The position numbers and the translations under genes are program-made. From Candidatus Korobacteraceae bacterium (GTDB lineage Bacteria; Acidobacteriota; Terriglobia; Terriglobales; Acidobacteriaceae), in the NCBI GenBank assembly GCA_050014935.1, contig JBEKCJ010000021.1, positions 41-64,040 on the forward strand: DNA of 64,000 bases. Direction: 5' to 3'. Below, piece after piece: positions 47,962 to 57,999 of the stretch. Under the pieces are notes generated by a model. The model did no database searches. It had not been told where the DNA came from and saw nothing but the letters and a program-made list of their open reading frames with translations. The first letter of the stretch is position 1. The number at the start of each line of letters is the position of its first letter.

Positions 47962-49299
47962 ATGCCAGCTATACGTATGCAGAAATCGTCACCAGAAAGA
48001 CATCGGCGGATCTTAGCCTACAAACGCCGGGCACGCGAAATCAAGATGATCGCCAAAGGGCTGGCCTCGACCGACCACCCGATTATGGCGCACATCATCC
48101 CCATTCGCCGCTGCAATCTTTCCTGCGAGTATTGCAACGAATACGACGATTTCTCCAAGCCCGTCCCGCTTGACACCATGAAGCGCCGCATTGATCACCT
48201 GGCGCGACTGGGCACATCGATCGTGACCATCAGCGGCGGCGAGCCCCTTCTGCATCCCGAGCTCGATGAGATCATCGCCCACATGCGCGAGTATCCCATT
48301 CTCGCCGGCCTGATCACCAACGGCTACCTGCTGACCGCGGACCGCATTCAGCGGCTGAACCGCGCCGGGCTCGACCATCTGCAAATCAGTATCGATAACG
48401 TCATGCCCGACGAGGTTTCCAAGAAGTCGCTGAAGGTGCTCGACAAGAAGCTGCAACTGCTGGCGGAGCACGCCGACTTTCACGTCAACATTAATTCGGT
48501 TGTCGGCGGAGGCATCCACAATCCGCATGATGCGCTGGTGGTGGGACGCCGCGCCGTGCAATTGGGATTCACTACAACCATTGGCATCATCCACGATGGC
48601 GATGGCCAGTTGAAACCTTTGGGCGAGTTCGAGCGCGAAGTGTTTCGCAAGATGAAGAACCTGGCCAAGCGGCACTATTCCCGCTTCAACTGGTTTCAGG
48701 ACAACATTGCTGACGGCAAGCCCAACGATTGGCGTTGCCGCGCCGGCGCGCGTTATCTCTACATCTGCGAAGACGGACTGGTGCACTATTGCTCACAGCA
48801 GCGCGGTTATCCGGGCACACCGCTGGAGCAGTATTCGGTTGCCGACATACGTCGCGAGTTCCTGACGGAAAAGAGTTGTGCCCCGCACTGCACCGTCTCG
48901 TGCGTGCATCAGGTGTCTTATATCGATCATTGGCGCGCCCCGCAAACCATTCGCACTCCGCAATCGCCGCTCGACGTCGGACAATTCGCTTCGCGCATGG
49001 GCGCAACTCGCTCCACGCGCACCGAGATCACGCCTTCCTGGTTTTGCAGTTCGCCCTCCAGCAATAAGAATTTCTCCGACAAAATCACCAGGCGGTTTCG
49101 CTCAAGAATGTCAGGCGAGATGATCGCATTGCCAATGCCGGTTTCGTCTTCCAGGCTGAGGAAGACGAATCCCTTCGCCGTGCCCGGCCTTTGCCGCGCA
49201 ATGATGCATCCCGCCGTCCGCACATACCGGCCGTGCGGAACCTGCGTCAGCTCGTGCGCCGAGAGCACACCGGCCCGCCGCAGATCGGCCCGACGATAA
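47962..49299 (+). CDS. radical SAM protein (C-terminal ~100 aa of the ORF doubtful)
   Basis: The [13 protein letters not shown]3CX2C cluster, GGEPLLHPE and a C-terminal Cys-rich region ([19 protein letters not shown]...[11 protein letters not shown]) support the call. The last ~370 nt overlap dnaE2 antisense and translate to an Arg/Ser/Pro-rich sequence that does not look like protein. Confidence 0.7.
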   Translation: MPAIRMQKSSPERHRRILAYKRRAREIKMIAKGLASTDHPIMAHIIPIRRCNLSCEYCNEYDDFSKPVPLDTMKRRIDHLARLGTSIVTISGGEPLLHPELDEIIAHMREYPILAGLITNGYLLTADRIQRLNRAGLDHLQISIDNVMPDEVSKKSLKVLDKKLQLLAEHADFHVNINSVVGGGIHNPHDALVVGRRAVQLGFTTTIGIIHDGDGQLKPLGEFEREVFRKMKNLAKRHYSRFNWFQDNIADGKPNDWRCRAGARYLYICEDGLVHYCSQQRGYPGTPLEQYSVADIRREFLTEKSCAPHCTVSCVHQVSYIDHWRAPQTIRTPQSPLDVGQFASRMGATRSTRTEITPSWFCSSPSSNKNFSDKITRRFRSRMSGEMIALPMPVSSSRLRKTNPFAVPGLCRAMMHPAVRTYRPCGTCVSSCAESTPARRRSARR

Positions 49300-52200
49300 G
49301 CCATGGGATGCGGACCAACCGTAAGTCCAGTGCCATGGAAGTCGGCCACCAGTCGCTCCTCGGGGGTCATCACTGCGAGCGGCGATGCTTCATCGCTTTC
49401 CGAAATGCCCTCCAGCAGCGGGCCGGCAAATCGTGCGGCGCGCTCCACCTGCCACAGGGCATCGCGCCGATGCAAAAGCTGCTTAGTTGCTGCTTTGCTG
49501 GAAACTGTCTCAGGAAGCTGTTTTGAAAGGGCACGGCTTTTAGCCGTGCCGTGATGCGCCGTCCTGATTCCGGGCTTTAGCCCCTGCGGCACCTCGATTT
49601 CGTAAAAACTTATTTTACTTTTGTCATCCCGAGTGGCCTTCAGGCCGCGAGGGATCTGTTTTTTCTCGTCCTTCCATCCAATCGAATTCAACGCTCCAAT
49701 CGAGGCCAGCAACACCAGCTCATTGCGGCGCAACTCGGGAACGCGGTATGCCAGATCGGCAATCGACTCGAAGGCCTGCTGACTGCGCGCGCGCAGGATG
49801 GCCTGCGCCGTCTCTTCGCGTAATCCCCTGGCATAACGAAATCCCATGCGCAGCCCGAAACGCTGCTCACAATTATGGTTTTTAAGGGGCGTGCCTTTAG
49901 GCGCGCCGATAGACTGCCCGCGGCGGAACGGGTTGCTTTCTAAACGGCGCGGCTTAAGCCGCGCCCCTTCAAGGCCATCCCACATCGTGGTACTCTCTTC
50001 CGGCTCCAGGGTGCACAGCCAGTCAGAACAGGTTATATCCACCGGCTTTACCCGCAGCCCATGACGCTGCGCATCTTTTACAATGGTTGCAGGACTATAG
50101 AACCCCATCGGCTGATTGTTGAGCAGGGCCGCGGTAAACGCCGCCAGATAATGGCACTTGAGATAAGCGCTGGCGTAGGCGATCAGCGCAAAGCTGGCGG
50201 CGTGCGACTCAGGAAATCCATATAGTGCAAAGGAAGTGATGGAGAGGATGATCTGCTCCTGCGCCTCGGGCGGGATGCCATTGCGTTGCATGCCTTCGCG
50301 CAGTTTGACTTCGATATCGCCCATTCGCCGCTCGCTGCGTTTAAAGCCGAACGCCCGCCGCAGTTCTTCCGCTTCGCCGCCGCTGAATCCGGCAGTGATC
50401 ATCGCCATGCGCAGCAGTTGCTCCTGGAAAAGCGGCACCCCCAAGGTACGCGCCAGCACCGGCTCTAGCGAGGGATGCGGATAGACAACGGCTTGCCTCC
50501 CCTGCCGCCGCATCAGAAAGGGATTCACCATCTGCCCCACGATCGGGCCGGGACGGATGATGGCGACTTGTACCACAATGTCGTAGAAGTGCGTGGGATG
50601 CAGCCGGGGAAGGCACGACATCTGCGCCCGGCTCTCAATCTGAAACATGCCCACAGTGTCGGCCTTCTGCAAGGCGTCATACACTGTGGGATCATCAGCC
50701 GGCAGCTTCGCCAGATCGACCTCTTCCCGATAATGATTGCGGATGAGCGCGATGGACTCTTCCAGCGCGGCCATCATCCCCAATCCCAGCAAGTCAACCT
50801 TGACGATGCCCAGGTCGGCGCAATCCTCCTTGTCCCATTGCACCACCACGCGGCCGGGCATGGTAGCTGGCTCCAGCGGAACAATGGAGTCTAGTTGCCC
50901 CTGGCAAATGACCATGCCGCCGGAGTGCTGTCCCAAATGGCGCGGCAGGTCCTGCACGGCCACACACAGCTCAAAGAACTTGCGAATGCGTGGATGCCGC
51001 AGGTCGAATCCGGCCTCGCGAAACTGACGCTCCAAAGTGTCGCCGGGATCCTTGTACTCCCAGGAGCTCACCAGAGCTGCCAGGCGATCGAGGGTCTCGC
51101 CATCGAAGGTGAGAGCCTTGCCGACCTCGCGCGCCGCCGAACGACCGCGATACGTAATGACGTTGGCCGTCATCGCGGCGCCCAGCTTGCCATAGCGCTG
51201 GTAGACATACTGGATGGCGCGCTCGCGCTGGTCGCCGCTGGGCAGATCGAGATCGATATCCGGCCACTCGCCGCGTTCCTCTGACAAAAAGCGCTCGAAC
51301 AGCAAGTCCATGCCGACCGGATCGACCGCAGTGATGCCCAGCGAGTAACAGACCGCGCTGTTGGCCGCCGAGCCGCGCCCCTGCACCAGAATTCCCTGGT
51401 CGCGGCAGTAGCGAACGATGTCCCACACAATAAGAAAGTAGCCCGCTAGATGGAGCTTTTCGATCAGCGCGAGTTCGCGTTCGATCTGGCGTTGCGCACG
51501 CTGCCACAACTCACCTTGGCCGGGACGCAGGTAGCGATCGCGAGCGCCTTCCATGGTGCGCGCCCGCAGGAACGTGTCCATGGTTTCGCCCTCGGAGACG
51601 GGATATCGCGGAAATTTATAGCCCAGTTCATTGAGCGTGAAGCCGAGGCGCGACGAAAGCTCAACCGTATTCGCCGTGGCCTCGGGCAAGTCGGCAAACA
51701 AGCGCAGCATCTCCGCGGGTGATTTTAGATAGCGCTGGCTGTTACACGCCAGCAGACGTCCGGCAGTGTCGAGCGTGTGGTGATTACGAATACAGGTGAA
51801 AACATCCAGGATCTGCCGCTCTTCCGGCTTGGCATATTGCACGCCCTGGGTTGCCAGCAGCGGCAAATGCAGGCTGCGTGCCAGTTCAATTGCAGCCTGA
51901 TTGCGCGCCTCCTGCGCGCGATTGTAGTGGCGCTGCAACTCCACATAGACATTTCTGCTGCCATAGATCGCGACCAGCTGTTCAAGGAGCTTGTGACCTG
52001 CCTCCAGACCGCCGTTGAGCAATGCACTGGCCAGCGGACCCTCATCGCCGCCGGTCAGGCAAATCAGGTCTTCAGCATATTCCGAGAGATCGTCTCCCGA
52101 AGCGATCGCCTGCGATTGCAACACGTCCGATTCGTTGTCTGTGGTACTCCTACTCCGTGGTATAGAAACCGGATATTTTGGGGCCCGCAACTTGGTACGG

Positions 52201-52502
52201 GTAATTAACCGGCAGAGGTTTTGGTAGCCCTCGCGCGAAGCGCAGAGCAGGGGAAGGCGTGGGATGTTCCGCTTGCCTAACTGCGGACAGGCCAGCAGCG
52301 AAGTGATCTCCGCCCCGATATGCGCCTTTACCTTCAGCTTTTGCGCAGCAAGATAAAAACGCGGTGCGCCATAAACCCCATCGCGATCGAGCAAAGCCAT
52401 CGCTGGCATCTGGTGTTGGGCGCAGACTTCGGCCAGTGCCTCGGGAACCGAAGCCCCTTCAAGAAAGCTGAATGCGGAACGGGAGTGCAGTTCGATGTAC
52501 AT
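48927..52502 (-). CDS. dnaE2: error-prone DNA polymerase III alpha-like subunit DnaE2 (ImuC)
   Basis: 1191 aa. It has an N-terminal PHP domain ([18 protein letters not shown]), a PolIIIA core and a C-terminal OB region. It lies downstream of imuA-imuB. Two stretches are translated hairpin repeats (see the repeat features). Confidence 0.92.
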   Translation of the reverse strand: MYIELHSRSAFSFLEGASVPEALAEVCAQHQMPAMALLDRDGVYGAPRFYLAAQKLKVKAHIGAEITSLLACPQLGKRNIPRLPLLCASREGYQNLCRLITRTKLRAPKYPVSIPRSRSTTDNESDVLQSQAIASGDDLSEYAEDLICLTGGDEGPLASALLNGGLEAGHKLLEQLVAIYGSRNVYVELQRHYNRAQEARNQAAIELARSLHLPLLATQGVQYAKPEERQILDVFTCIRNHHTLDTAGRLLACNSQRYLKSPAEMLRLFADLPEATANTVELSSRLGFTLNELGYKFPRYPVSEGETMDTFLRARTMEGARDRYLRPGQGELWQRAQRQIERELALIEKLHLAGYFLIVWDIVRYCRDQGILVQGRGSAANSAVCYSLGITAVDPVGMDLLFERFLSEERGEWPDIDLDLPSGDQRERAIQYVYQRYGKLGAAMTANVITYRGRSAAREVGKALTFDGETLDRLAALVSSWEYKDPGDTLERQFREAGFDLRHPRIRKFFELCVAVQDLPRHLGQHSGGMVICQGQLDSIVPLEPATMPGRVVVQWDKEDCADLGIVKVDLLGLGMMAALEESIALIRNHYREEVDLAKLPADDPTVYDALQKADTVGMFQIESRAQMSCLPRLHPTHFYDIVVQVAIIRPGPIVGQMVNPFLMRRQGRQAVVYPHPSLEPVLARTLGVPLFQEQLLRMAMITAGFSGGEAEELRRAFGFKRSERRMGDIEVKLREGMQRNGIPPEAQEQIILSITSFALYGFPESHAASFALIAYASAYLKCHYLAAFTAALLNNQPMGFYSPATIVKDAQRHGLRVKPVDITCSDWLCTLEPEESTTMWDGLEGARLKPRRLESNPFRRGQSIGAPKGTPLKNHNCEQRFGLRMGFRYARGLREETAQAILRARSQQAFESIADLAYRVPELRRNELVLLASIGALNSIGWKDEKKQIPRGLKATRDDKSKISFYEIEVPQGLKPGIRTAHHGTAKSRALSKQLPETVSSKAATKQLLHRRDALWQVERAARFAGPLLEGISESDEASPLAVMTPEERLVADFHGTGLTVGPHPMAYRRADLRRAGVLSAHELTQVPHGRYVRTAGCIIARQRPGTAKGFVFLSLEDETGIGNAIISPDILERNRLVILSEKFLLLEGELQNQEGVISVRVERVAPMREANCPTSSGDCGVRMVCGARQ
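49523..49668. repeat. family A-like plus family B hairpin-repeat modules inside the dnaE2 reading frame
   Basis: ttgaaagggCACGGCttttaGCCGTGccgtga...cgggctttagcccctgcggcacctcg has family A architecture. It is followed by gtcatcccgagtggccttcaggccgcgagggatctg (family B). On the minus strand this reads ...[28 protein letters not shown]... Confidence 0.7.
49883..49974. repeat. inverted pair of family A-type head hairpins inside the dnaE2 reading frame
   Basis: taaggggcgtgcctttaggcgcgcc ... ggcgcggcttaagccgcgccccttcaagg. On the minus strand this is translated as ...[32 protein letters not shown]... Confidence 0.65.
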
Positions 52503-52541
52503 CGGTTGTCAGTTACTCAAAAGTCCGCTTCCGAAAGCTTG

Positions 52542-52615
52542 GTGTCAGGGCACGACTTCAGTCGTGCCGATAAGCCCCTTATTTTCCTTCCCGAGCCGGC
52601 TTTGGCCGGCGGCAC
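52542..52615. repeat. family A-like two-hairpin element between imuB and dnaE2
   Basis: gtgtcagggCACGACttcaGTCGTGccgataag...gaGCCGGCtttGGCCGGCggcac has the same head-hairpin / linker / second-hairpin layout as family A. Confidence 0.6.
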
Positions 52616-52673
52616 AATGCTCTGCTCCCAACTTTTCCGCAGCCCTTTCAGCCGTACCGTAACCAGCCAATCT

Positions 52674-54476
52674 TCAGTCGTAGCTGGCGTCAGCAAACCA
52701 CTGACCGGTCGCGAGGTCGCGATAAATGCGATAGAGCGCCACATTGCCGCCTTCGCCTTTTGCGCCATTATTGCTGGCGCGGGCCAGCGCTATGTCCCAT
52801 TCTTCGCGCTCCCACGGACCGGTCTGCCCAGCCCTCGCGTTATCCAGTTTTGCGTTTTCCGCCCACCAGTCGCCCGACGATTGCCAGGGCCCTGCTGACC
52901 ACACTACCTGTCCTTGCAGCGCTTCACGATCTGTCTGTTTTGTCTCTGTGGCGAGTCGGTCAGGCCGCCCATTCACCAAACAGACACGAAGACAGCATGG
53001 CGGACGAAAAAGCCTCATGGCCAAGGGAGGATGATTATTTACATTCCACATTGTGGGACTCAATATTGTTTTTGGATGGTCTGCCGGGACCGCAAAACGG
53101 TCGACGCGAAAACTCTCTGGCCGATGGCTATCGAGCAACCGGGCAATGCCTGCCCTCCGTTCGCCAACCAACGCGCTGATGCGGGCCAGTGTGATCTCCA
53201 GCCTCTCCGCACCAGGTGTGGCCGGCAAAAACAGCCCACACTGCGCTGACCGCGGCGGCGCCGGCACGGCCAGGAGCCATATTTTTTTGACCGGAGCGCC
53301 CGGCGGATGGGCCGCCAACTCCAATTGCAGCAGTTTCAGAAACACTTTGCTATCGCGCATCGAAACCGGCAGCCGCAAAACGCGCTCCACTATTTGTTTA
53401 TATGCCACATTGTGGGAGCAAAAAAAAGGGCCAACGCGGTTCTCGACGGTGGTGGTTTCTTCGTCGCCGGTCCGTCGCTCCAATTGCAAACGCAGATGCA
53501 GCTCGTGTGCTGCCAGTGCCCTGGCCTCCAGTCGTGCGCACAATTGCTCCAAAAGCCGGTTCAGTAGGAACGATAGAGACTCGATGGTTTCAACCGAACA
53601 CTCCAGTTCCATCGCCTCCTCAAAGTGCGATGGCGGCGCGCACAGCACGAGGGTACGCATGCCCTCTCCACGGGCCAGCCGCCGCAACTGCGCCCCGGCT
53701 TCGCCCAGGCGCGAAACCAAGGCATGCTCCGGCAACAGCGCCAAGGTGCGAAAATCGCAGACTCCCCAACGTTTCAACGTGTCCAGCATCTGCTCCCGTA
53801 GCTTTTCCCGCCCGCGCTGGGACGCTTTTCCAGCAGCCTTTTTCTGTGCAGGCATTTCGAACCCCTTCAGCAACACCTGCAATGGCAACCCTCCCAATCG
53901 CTTGGCTTCCTTACCGCCGGGGATAACCGTCGTCCCGTGGAATCCCTGTGCTGCGTGCAGGGCGGCATCTGGATTAGCAGCCACCGCGATGTTCGCTTCC
54001 ATTCCGACTGCCATCACACGCGCCGTCAGTTCGCTGGCCATCTTTGCAGGCGCACCATGGAGGCGATCCAGCCCCTCAAGATCGAGCAGCAGCGTGTCCG
54101 GAGCGGTGTCTTCCACGCGTGGAGTAAAAGCGTGGGCAACATCGAGCAGCGCGGCGTGGGCCGAAATCTCCTGCTGAAGCGAGCATTGGCGCAAGATAGC
54201 CAGCTTGGAATGCGACGTAGTATCCGTGCGCTTACTACCACCCTGTGGTACTTGCGCCTTCGCAGTCCCCGACGGTGAAGTCTCCACGAAAACAGCCGCC
54301 TGCAATTTGGTCATGCCGATTGCCATTCCCAGCAGGCGAGCTTTTTCGTTCAGCGCAATTACGCGCACCTGAGGAGGTCTGCCTTCCAGAACGGCCACCG
54401 CACGATCGCGCAGCACTGGCTCGGCGCGAACCATGACTTCCACCGGGAAATCGGGAACGTAGATGCAGGCAAACAT
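52674..54476 (-). CDS. imuB: ImuB, Y-family polymerase-like mutasome subunit
   Basis: 600 aa. MFACIYVPDFPVEVMVRAEPVLRDRAVAVLEG is the typical ImuB N-terminus. Positioned between imuA and dnaE2. Confidence 0.9.
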   Translation of the reverse strand: MFACIYVPDFPVEVMVRAEPVLRDRAVAVLEGRPPQVRVIALNEKARLLGMAIGMTKLQAAVFVETSPSGTAKAQVPQGGSKRTDTTSHSKLAILRQCSLQQEISAHAALLDVAHAFTPRVEDTAPDTLLLDLEGLDRLHGAPAKMASELTARVMAVGMEANIAVAANPDAALHAAQGFHGTTVIPGGKEAKRLGGLPLQVLLKGFEMPAQKKAAGKASQRGREKLREQMLDTLKRWGVCDFRTLALLPEHALVSRLGEAGAQLRRLARGEGMRTLVLCAPPSHFEEAMELECSVETIESLSFLLNRLLEQLCARLEARALAAHELHLRLQLERRTGDEETTTVENRVGPFFCSHNVAYKQIVERVLRLPVSMRDSKVFLKLLQLELAAHPPGAPVKKIWLLAVPAPPRSAQCGLFLPATPGAERLEITLARISALVGERRAGIARLLDSHRPESFRVDRFAVPADHPKTILSPTMWNVNNHPPLAMRLFRPPCCLRVCLVNGRPDRLATETKQTDREALQGQVVWSAGPWQSSGDWWAENAKLDNARAGQTGPWEREEWDIALARASNNGAKGEGGNVALYRIYRDLATGQWFADASYD

Positions 54477-54506
54477 ATAATTGGCGCAAACCCGCGATGC
54501 AGCTTT

Positions 54507-55421
54507 TCACAACGCAGTGCGTAGTTCAAAACTGATACCAGTCGATTGCGGCGGTTTGCGCTGCGCCCAGGAGCGTACGGCCTTGGCGCGAAAACGCATT
54601 CCACGTAAGAGTGCGGCATGGTTCACAACATTGCTTTTGGGGATATGCGGGCCAGTACCTGCTAATCCCACACTGTGGGATGACAATATTGGCCCGAGCT
54701 GGTCTGGGTCCAGAAAAGTAGTCGAATTGGAGGCGAAGATCGCCTCCGGCTGCAATCGCAGCACCAGCGAAGCACAGGTCCTGGCACATGGCTCCTGTTC
54801 AAGCAACAGCAGCACGGTCGCAGTAGGCTCGACCGCGCGGCGAAAGCGAAACCATGAAGTGAGGGGCACGCGTCGTGCGCTTTCCACAGGAATGTCGCCG
54901 AGGTCGAGCACGACTATCCCAAAGCCGCCTCCCTGTAGAAGCAGGTCAGTCACCTTCAGCACCTGCTCCAGCGCCGCGCCAAAGGCAAAACCAGCGTTTG
55001 TGGAAGACCGGGATTTCACGCTGGCGACTTGGGGCTTGAGTCGCTCGTGGCAGCGCACCCACAACAACCGCTCCAGATTGACGCCGGCCGCTGCCGCCGA
55101 AGCAGGGTCAAAGCTATCGCTGGCATCTACCAGCGCGCACACCTCCTCCCGGCGAGTGGCGGCGGCGAGTGTCGCCAGCATTACTCCCGTGCGTCCTGAA
55201 GAACTTGGTCCGGCAATCTCGCTGAGGGCGCCGCGCGGCAAGCCCCCGATAAGAGCGTCGAGAGTGGCGATCCCGGTCGGGACAGTCAAAGGCGCAGCGC
55301 GTTCGCGAAGCAGCAGGGTGGAAGACAGGCCCTCGCCGAGCGATGACTCGATACGGGAACGCAGGCTGGAACGTGGGCTTCCGAAAGACACTTTTGGCGG
55401 AGTGACGGCGACCGACGACAT
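54507..55421 (-). CDS. imuA: ImuA, RecA/SulA-like mutasome subunit
   Basis: 304 aa. GIATLDALIGGLPRGALSEIAGPSSSGRTGVMLATLAAAT...CALVDASDSFDP is the RecA-like core of ImuA. First gene of the imuA-imuB-dnaE2 cassette. Confidence 0.85.
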   Translation of the reverse strand: MSSVAVTPPKVSFGSPRSSLRSRIESSLGEGLSSTLLLRERAAPLTVPTGIATLDALIGGLPRGALSEIAGPSSSGRTGVMLATLAAATRREEVCALVDASDSFDPASAAAAGVNLERLLWVRCHERLKPQVASVKSRSSTNAGFAFGAALEQVLKVTDLLLQGGGFGIVVLDLGDIPVESARRVPLTSWFRFRRAVEPTATVLLLLEQEPCARTCASLVLRLQPEAIFASNSTTFLDPDQLGPILSSHSVGLAGTGPHIPKSNVVNHAALLRGMRFRAKAVRSWAQRKPPQSTGISFELRTAL

Positions 55422-55550
55422 GAGGAACCTCAGGGCGGGCGAAGCGGACGGAAAGAATTACTTTCGCTTTTTATTCGCCTACAAGTGAGATTGTGCTACG
55501 GGGAATCCGGGTTGTCAACCTCTGCGAAAAAGCGGTCGGAGGTGAGCAAA

Positions 55551-55570
55551 AATGTTCTACGGGGAACATT
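55551..55570. promoter_or_regulatory. candidate operator upstream of imuA (AATGTTC-N6-GAACATT)
   Basis: Inverted repeat about 130 bp upstream of the imuA start. A related direct copy of the left part (tgtgctacggggaatc) lies at 55492-55507. imuA cassettes are usually LexA-controlled, but this is not a motif I can match to a published LexA box. Confidence 0.3.
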
Positions 55571-55595
55571 TGTCCATAAACTAAATGGAAAAGTA

Positions 55596-55904
55596 CTACT
55601 TGCAAGGCCGATAGTAGGCAGGACGAAAGCCCTTTTGCTGTGCTTCAGATTGTTTCATGTACTCACCTGACTTGGTGGCCCCATACCAATGCGTGCCGGA
55701 ACAGTGATAGACCCCTGACTTCGTGTTGACCCAGACCTTGACCTCGGGATTGCCCTGGGCCGCAGAGGATTCTTGCGGCGTAGCGGGTTTGGCCTGCGCA
55801 GCTTCAGGATTCGGCGCGGGAGGGGATTGTGTCTGCTGAGCCTGAGTTGCTCGCGACCCAAGCAGGATGCACAACACGACCGCGATCGTAGCCCATCGTC
55901 TCAT
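55596..55904 (-). CDS. small secreted protein
   Basis: 102 aa with a signal peptide, a Pro/Ala/Gln-rich linker and a conserved-looking C-terminal module VWVNTKSGVYHCSGTHWYGATKSGEYMKQSEAQQKGFRPA. Confidence 0.6.
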   Translation of the reverse strand: MRRWATIAVVLCILLGSRATQAQQTQSPPAPNPEAAQAKPATPQESSAAQGNPEVKVWVNTKSGVYHCSGTHWYGATKSGEYMKQSEAQQKGFRPAYYRPCK

Positions 55905-56194
55905 GGCTGAATCTTGCCCCGGATACGAACCTCTTTCCCGGAATCCAGAGATTGCCGTGCCTTGAACCTGACTCGATGTCGAACGACACTAGCATTTCGG
56001 AAGGGTGCGCGCAATGCTACGCCGCACATAGCCATGTGCGGTCGTAAGCTCAAGGGTATTGAGAATGACGCCTGGACGCCGTTGTTTTGCAATCAGCCAC
56101 ATCACGATACGTTGGCCGTGCCTACCTTTTTTACAGAGGGTAGCAATCGGCAAAAGCATGATCCAATCACGGTAGCGCATTCACGGTGTGGAAC

Positions 56195-56223
56195 CCTGAT
56201 CAATACAGGGGATTTGTTATAAT
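56195..56223 (+). promoter_or_regulatory. possible tRNA promoter (-10 TATAAT)
   Basis: TATAAT at 56218-56223, 18 nt before the tRNA 5' end. The -35 region matches only poorly (cctgat). Confidence 0.3.
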
Positions 56224-56241
56224 GCAGTGTCCTTCCAGAGT

Positions 56242-56316
56242 GGCGCTATCGTCTAGGGGTTAGGACGGAAGATTCTCAATCTTCAAACCCGGGTTCGATT
56301 CCCGGTAGCGCTACCA
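56242..56316 (+). tRNA. tRNA-Glu: tRNA-Glu (anticodon CUC), CCA encoded
   Basis: Folded by hand. Acceptor GGCGCTA/TAGCGCT (one G-U), D arm GTCT-AGGGGTTA-GGAC, anticodon arm GAAGA-TTCTCAA-TCTTC, variable AAAC, T arm CCGGG-TTCGATT-CCCGG, then A-CCA. 75 nt. Confidence 0.88.
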
Positions 56317-57862
56317 ACTCTCGTTTTTCTCCCGCATTCGCCTCTAACATATTGAACATAGGACTAGTTGCACTGGTTCGATAAATCCCGTCTTTATACG
56401 TCAGTCCCTTTGGGAATAGAACCTGCTGCAAACGCTGTTTCTGCTCAAGACCGCTCTGGTTCCATGCGCCGGCGGCATTCAGTAGTAGATTCTCGGCAAA
56501 ATCCAGCAGTTCGTCGATTTCGATTTCTTCCTGCCGCGCCTCATTTACTTTCAGTTCGAGCGTGAGGATCTCCTGCTCCAAGGCTTCTTTCATCTGACGG
56601 TAATCTCCCTCGTCGATCGCATTGCGATAAATGAAAGCCTCATTGAGCTTGCGCTTGGACTCGCGCTTCTCTCTGAGTTCACGCTCCAGCTTTTCTCGCA
56701 ATTCCAGCGACTCAGCGAACTTGGTCTCGTAAGCAACGATGACGCTCTCCCTAAAGAGTCTTAGGTATTCAGGGTTCGGCCTGAGTTGCTGGACATACAC
56801 CTTGAAGTCCAACTCCAGACGTTCATTCGAGACCCGTACCTGAGAGGAGCATTTCTTGTGCTGGCAGTGATAGTAAGCGTATTTCTGGCCCGTGTGACTG
56901 GTGGATTTGCTGCCCGTCAGCGGTTTGTCGCAAGAGCCGCATCGAACGAAATGCCGCAAAGGAAAATCTGAATTGGCACGTCTGCGGGGAGCTACCAAAG
57001 GACGTCTCCCGGATACCAGGAGCTGCACCTTGTCGAAGAGTTCGGCTGCGACGATAGGCTGGAAGCTGCCTTTCTCAACAATTCGCCAATCCTGCCCCGC
57101 GCCATCTCGCGCCCCCTGCACCACGATGCGTCCCGCATAAAGCGGATTAATGAGCATCCTGCGAAATGTCTCCGTGCTCAACCGTTTTCCTTGCCACGTC
57201 CGCAGTCCCTTGTCGTTGATCCATTCCAGGACTGCCTGTCGCTTGTGCAGACCTGTTGCATAACGCTCAAACGCCTCTCGAATGAATCGGGCGCGGTCTG
57301 GGTCAGGAATGATCGTCTTCACGGTGCCTTTCTTTACGTTTAGGTAGCCAAGGGGTGCTTTAAACGTCCAACTACCCTGCGTCAGCCGCGTTTCCATTCC
57401 GCCAAGGGTTCTTTCCTTTCGTAGCGCATTGTCGAACTCCGCCTGCCCAGAGAGGATGCGTTCCATGTAGCGTTCCATCGGACGCTCGCCGATAGGCTGG
57501 GTCGCGGAGCGCAACTTGATGTCCCAATTCGCCAGGAGTCGCCTAAGTGCATCATGGTCTTCCCCATTACGGGCGAAGCGGTCAACGGCGTACACGACGA
57601 AGTAGGCAGGGCGGGGCTTATGTTCTCGGCAGTATCGAAGCGCGTCCTGCAATTGCGTTCGATTCGCAGTTTTTGCACTTTCGCCTTCCTCACGAAAAAC
57701 GGTTAATACGTTCCAACCTTGTCGCGCGCAGAAATCCTTACAGGCGCGTTCCTGTGTCTCCAGGCTAGCGTTCTCTACCTGACGCTCAGACGACACGCGA
57801 ATGTAGATGATGGCGTAATGTCTGCTCAGCGGTTCGGCTGTTGTGTCGCCGGCGTATCGCAC
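56276..57862 (-). CDS. large serine recombinase
   Basis: 528 aa. It has a resolvase-type catalytic domain (YAIIYIRVSSERQ; VYAVDRFARN), a recombinase domain, a Zn-ribbon (CGSCDKPL...YYHCQHKKC) and a coiled coil. The last 13 codons and the TGA stop (56278-56276, in the anticodon loop) are antisense to tRNA-Glu. Confidence 0.9.
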   Translation of the reverse strand: MRYAGDTTAEPLSRHYAIIYIRVSSERQVENASLETQERACKDFCARQGWNVLTVFREEGESAKTANRTQLQDALRYCREHKPRPAYFVVYAVDRFARNGEDHDALRRLLANWDIKLRSATQPIGERPMERYMERILSGQAEFDNALRKERTLGGMETRLTQGSWTFKAPLGYLNVKKGTVKTIIPDPDRARFIREAFERYATGLHKRQAVLEWINDKGLRTWQGKRLSTETFRRMLINPLYAGRIVVQGARDGAGQDWRIVEKGSFQPIVAAELFDKVQLLVSGRRPLVAPRRRANSDFPLRHFVRCGSCDKPLTGSKSTSHTGQKYAYYHCQHKKCSSQVRVSNERLELDFKVYVQQLRPNPEYLRLFRESVIVAYETKFAESLELREKLERELREKRESKRKLNEAFIYRNAIDEGDYRQMKEALEQEILTLELKVNEARQEEIEIDELLDFAENLLLNAAGAWNQSGLEQKQRLQQVLFPKGLTYKDGIYRTSATSPMFNMLEANAGEKRELVALPGIEPGFED

Positions 57863-57999
57863 TCTGACCCTCTGGCCGGGAACATACCACCTGTGACACC
57901 GATGGTCAATAAGTTCTTTGCCTCCAAGCTGTGCGGCCTCTCCAGTACGATTTCGTGCCGGGTGGGGGCGGGCACCGGCAGTAACCAGCCAGAGAAGGA

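Noticed and set aside
53053-55488. Long plus-strand ORFs (53053-54177, 54481-55488) opposite imuB and imuA
   Set aside because: Ser/Arg/Ala-rich antisense frames. The minus-strand ImuB/ImuA assignments are supported by motifs and by cassette order.
55422-55595. A canonical LexA box (GTTC-N7-GTTC direct repeat or GAAC-N4-GTTC) upstream of imuA
   Set aside because: I looked for both patterns on both strands of the imuA leader and did not find them. Only the non-canonical inverted repeat reported above is present.
55914-56222. 102-aa plus-strand ORF upstream of tRNA-Glu
   Set aside because: No RBS or motifs, and the composition is atypical. The region more plausibly holds the tRNA promoter.
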